64,000 nt of DNA from Arenicellales bacterium (GTDB lineage Bacteria; Pseudomonadota; Gammaproteobacteria; Arenicellales; JAJDZL01): the NCBI GenBank assembly GCA_965200765.1, contig OZ241380.1, positions 2,022,288-2,086,287 of the forward strand. Direction: 5' to 3'. The position numbers were made by a program, and so were the translations under genes. This document shows positions 60,340 to 64,000 of the stretch, piece after piece. How positions within the stretch are numbered: the first letter of the stretch is position 1; each line of letters starts with the position of its first letter. Below the pieces are notes generated by a model. The model ran no database searches. It was not told the origin of the DNA and saw only the letters and a program-made list of their open reading frames with translations.

Positions 60340-60885
60340 TTGCTGAAAGTGGCTGACCTGTCCAACATTGCCCGTCCTTATGCTCAAGCCATCTTTGCAT
60401 TGGCATACGAAGCCGGCGAACTGGAGCATTGGTCCAAATCTCTGAATTTGCTGCAAGAAATTGTTGGCAACCCCGATATGGAAAAGGTTGTCAACGACCC
60501 GCGCATTACCCGAGTGCAAGTCCGGGACCTGGTACTGGAACTCGGCGGCGATGCCTTTTCGGAACCAGTGAAAAATCTGATTCGACTGGTGGCACAGAAT
60601 CGACGCTGGAACGTAGTACCGTCCATCACCCGACTGTATGAACAGTTGCGTGCTGAATCCGAAGGCATTGTCGAAGCAGAACTGGAAACCGCATTCCCGG
60701 TAAGCCCGGAACAATCCGAGTTGGTTTCAAATGCTCTGGAGAATGCATTGGGACAGAAAATTCGATTGCACAGCCGCGTCAATCAGGATCTGATCGGCGG
60801 CGCCGTGATTCGGGCCGGGGACTGGGTAATTGACGGATCGATTCAAGCACGGTTGGCAAAGTTGGCCACCACACTCGGCGTATAA
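60340..60885 (+). CDS. atpH: ATP synthase F1 subunit delta
   Basis: IARPYAQA, LIGG..IRAGD.VIDGS. Confidence 0.96.
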   Translation: MLKVADLSNIARPYAQAIFALAYEAGELEHWSKSLNLLQEIVGNPDMEKVVNDPRITRVQVRDLVLELGGDAFSEPVKNLIRLVAQNRRWNVVPSITRLYEQLRAESEGIVEAELETAFPVSPEQSELVSNALENALGQKIRLHSRVNQDLIGGAVIRAGDWVIDGSIQARLAKLATTLGV

Positions 60886-60943
60886 GCCTGTTTTAACTAA
60901 TGTACCATAGAACTGCCATTCTTAAACCAAGAGGAAATACCCA

Positions 60944-62491
60944 ATGGCAATGCAATTAAACCCGTCTGAAATTAGTGAACTGATCAAAGCCAAACTTGTT
61001 GATTTCGATGCGACGGCGCAAGCGCGTAGCGAAGGCACAGTCGTACTGCTGACGGACGGTATCGTTCGAGTTCATGGACTGGCAGATGCCCTGCAAGGTG
61101 AAATGCTGGAATTTCCCGGCGATACCTTCGGGCTGGCATTGAATCTGGAACAGGATTCAGTCGGCGCCGTGATTCTCGGCGACTACGAACATATTACTGA
61201 AGGAGATACGGTTCGTTGTACCGGACGAATTCTTGAAGTGCCCACCGGGGCTGGTCTTTTGGGTCGTGTCGTTGACTCCTTGGGGCGACCGATTGACGGC
61301 AAGGGTCCTGTTGACTTCGCGGCCAGCGCACCCATAGAAAAAGTAGCGCCGGGAGTGATTACCCGACAATCGGTATCGGAACCCGTGCAAACCGGCCTGA
61401 AATCAATCGACTCGATGGTGCCAATCGGGCGTGGACAACGGGAATTGATTATTGGAGACCGTCAAACCGGCAAGACGGCACTGGCAATCGATACTATCAT
61501 CAATCAAAAGGGTACCGGCATCAAGTGCATCTATGTCGCTATCGGCCAAAAGATTTCAAGTATCGCCAATGTCGTCAGAAAACTTGAAGAACATGGTGCA
61601 CTGGAGCACACCATTATTGTTTCTGCTTCGGCCGCAGAAAGTGCCGCCATGCAGTATATTGCTCCCTATTCGGGTTGCACGATGGGCGAGTATTTTCGCG
61701 ACCGCGGCGAAGATGCACTGGTCATTTATGACGATTTGACCAAGCAGGCGTGGGCCTATCGCCAAATATCCCTGCTACTGCGACGCCCGCCGGGTCGGGA
61801 AGCCTATCCCGGCGATGTTTTCTATTTGCATTCAAGACTGCTGGAACGCGCCGCACGGATCAATGCTGAATATGTTGAATCCCTGACCAACGGTGAAGTC
61901 AAGGGCCAAACCGGTTCGCTGACTGCACTGCCCGTAATTGAAACTCAGGCCGGAGACGTGTCAGCATTCGTGCCTACTAACGTAATTTCAATTACCGACG
62001 GTCAGATTTATCTGGAAAGCGATTTGTTCAACGCCAACATTCGACCGGCGATCAATGCAGGCTTGTCCGTATCCCGGGTAGGCGGAGCGGCTCAAACGCC
62101 AATCATCAAGAAAATCGGCGGCGGTATTCGACTGGCACTTGCACAGTATCGCGAACTTGCGGCGTTTTCACAATTTGCCTCGGATCTGGATGAGGCGACC
62201 AGAAAGCAACTGGAACGAGGCGAGCGGGTAACCGAAGTGATGAAGCAAGCCCAATATGAACCCATGTCAGTTGCAGCGATGGCATTTTCCCTGTTTGCTG
62301 TGAACGAAGGCTATCTGGACGATGTTGATATCAAAAAAGTTGTTCCTTTCGAGCAATCCATGCAGGCTCATTTGCGCTCCAGCCATGGAAAATTGCTGGA
62401 TGAAATCAATAAAAACCCGGATTACAACGACGAAGTTGTTGCCAAGATGAAAGCGGCAATGGACGATTTTGTCAAAAACGGTTCCTGGTAG
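60944..62491 (+). CDS. atpA: ATP synthase F1 subunit alpha
   Basis: [29 protein letters not shown]. Confidence 0.99.
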   Translation: MAMQLNPSEISELIKAKLVDFDATAQARSEGTVVLLTDGIVRVHGLADALQGEMLEFPGDTFGLALNLEQDSVGAVILGDYEHITEGDTVRCTGRILEVPTGAGLLGRVVDSLGRPIDGKGPVDFAASAPIEKVAPGVITRQSVSEPVQTGLKSIDSMVPIGRGQRELIIGDRQTGKTALAIDTIINQKGTGIKCIYVAIGQKISSIANVVRKLEEHGALEHTIIVSASAAESAAMQYIAPYSGCTMGEYFRDRGEDALVIYDDLTKQAWAYRQISLLLRRPPGREAYPGDVFYLHSRLLERAARINAEYVESLTNGEVKGQTGSLTALPVIETQAGDVSAFVPTNVISITDGQIYLESDLFNANIRPAINAGLSVSRVGGAAQTPIIKKIGGGIRLALAQYRELAAFSQFASDLDEATRKQLERGERVTEVMKQAQYEPMSVAAMAFSLFAVNEGYLDDVDIKKVVPFEQSMQAHLRSSHGKLLDEINKNPDYNDEVVAKMKAAMDDFVKNGSW

Positions 62492-62533
62492 AAAGCAGAA
62501 TAACATCATTACTTCAAGCATCACGAACTAGCA

Positions 62534-63397
62534 ATGTCAGTTGCAAAAGAAATTCGCACCAAAATTCGGAGTATTGAAAATACTCAGAAAATCACTTCGG
62601 CCATGGAAATGGTTGCAGCCAGCAAAATGCGCCGCGCACAGGATCGCATGCATGCGGCACGCCCGTACGCAGAAATCATCACTACGGTGGTCTCGCACAT
62701 GAAGCATGGAACGCTGGAATACAAGCATCCGTTTGTGGTGGACCGCGAACCTTCTGTAGTCGGCTACATCGTGATCAGCACCGACAGAGGTCTGTGCGGC
62801 GGTTTGAACATCAATCTGTTTCGCTCTGTTGTAGATGCAATTGCTGACTGGGACAGCAAGGGAATAAAACTTGAAGTTGGTGCGATCGGCAAGAAAGCAT
62901 TGGGGTTTTTCAGAGGATTTGGTGCCAACGTGGTCTGCGAAACCTCGCAACTGGGTGACGCACCAACAATCACTGACTTGATAGGTGCTGTAAAAGTCAT
63001 GCTGGATGCCTACTATGACAACCGAATTGACCGGTTGTACTTGGCAAGCAATCGATTCGTCAACACCATGACCCAGCAACCGGTCATCGAACAATTGATT
63101 CCGATTCATATACCGAAACCGATTGAAGTGCTCGCACACCATTGGGACTACATATACGAACCGGAATCCACAGGAGTCGTCAATGCGCTCATGGAGCGCT
63201 ATGTAGAGTCAGTCGTATATCGCGGGGTTATTGAAAACAACGCCTGCGAACAGTCGGCAAGAATGGTGGCCATGAAAGCTGCAACCGACAATGCCGGCAA
63301 CTTGATTGACGAACTGAACCTGATTTACAACAAGGCGCGGCAGGCCGCGATCACCCAGGAGATTTCTGAAATCGTTGGTGGTGCAGATGCAGTCTGA
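62534..63397 (+). CDS. atpG: ATP synthase F1 subunit gamma
   Basis: [31 protein letters not shown]. Confidence 0.98.
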   Translation: MSVAKEIRTKIRSIENTQKITSAMEMVAASKMRRAQDRMHAARPYAEIITTVVSHMKHGTLEYKHPFVVDREPSVVGYIVISTDRGLCGGLNINLFRSVVDAIADWDSKGIKLEVGAIGKKALGFFRGFGANVVCETSQLGDAPTITDLIGAVKVMLDAYYDNRIDRLYLASNRFVNTMTQQPVIEQLIPIHIPKPIEVLAHHWDYIYEPESTGVVNALMERYVESVVYRGVIENNACEQSARMVAMKAATDNAGNLIDELNLIYNKARQAAITQEISEIVGGADAV

Positions 63398-63429
63398 TGC
63401 ACTGAAACAAATGAACATCAATTCCATGA

Positions 63430-64000
<571 letters not shown>

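Overview
Chromosomal window from a probably marine Gammaproteobacterium. The lineage is inferred from the atpIBEFHAGD order and the tyrS/M23/anmK synteny. Core and metabolic genes: a methylamine N-methylglutamate cluster (glxBCD/mgsABC plus glnT/gmaS), anmK, an M23 peptidase, tyrS, serA-serC-DUF1015, an N-methyltransferase, a metF-like gene, glyA-soxBDAG, tupABC-mobAB and the start of the ATP synthase operon. Four accessory regions interrupt these. (1) A Fic gene with a 12-unit, 40-bp palindromic tandem array just upstream of it. (2) A 2-kb insert between gmaS and anmK carrying three tandem toxin-antitoxin-like units; only one RelE-like toxin survives, and the insert is flanked by a decayed duplication of the gmaS/anmK junction. 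(3) A type I-G (I-U) CRISPR-Cas island with cas3, cas8g/csx17, csb1, csb2, an S8 protease, a 31-repeat array, cas2 and a cas4-cas1 fusion. One tandemly duplicated spacer matches the array's own repeat for 12 nt next to a TTC PAM. (4) A decayed defence-type island with four KTSC genes, an IS5, AbiE, HerA and TrlF-like remnants and an AlbA_2/Schlafen protein. No rRNA or tRNA genes were recognised. All assignments come from motif recognition by eye; no database searches were run.
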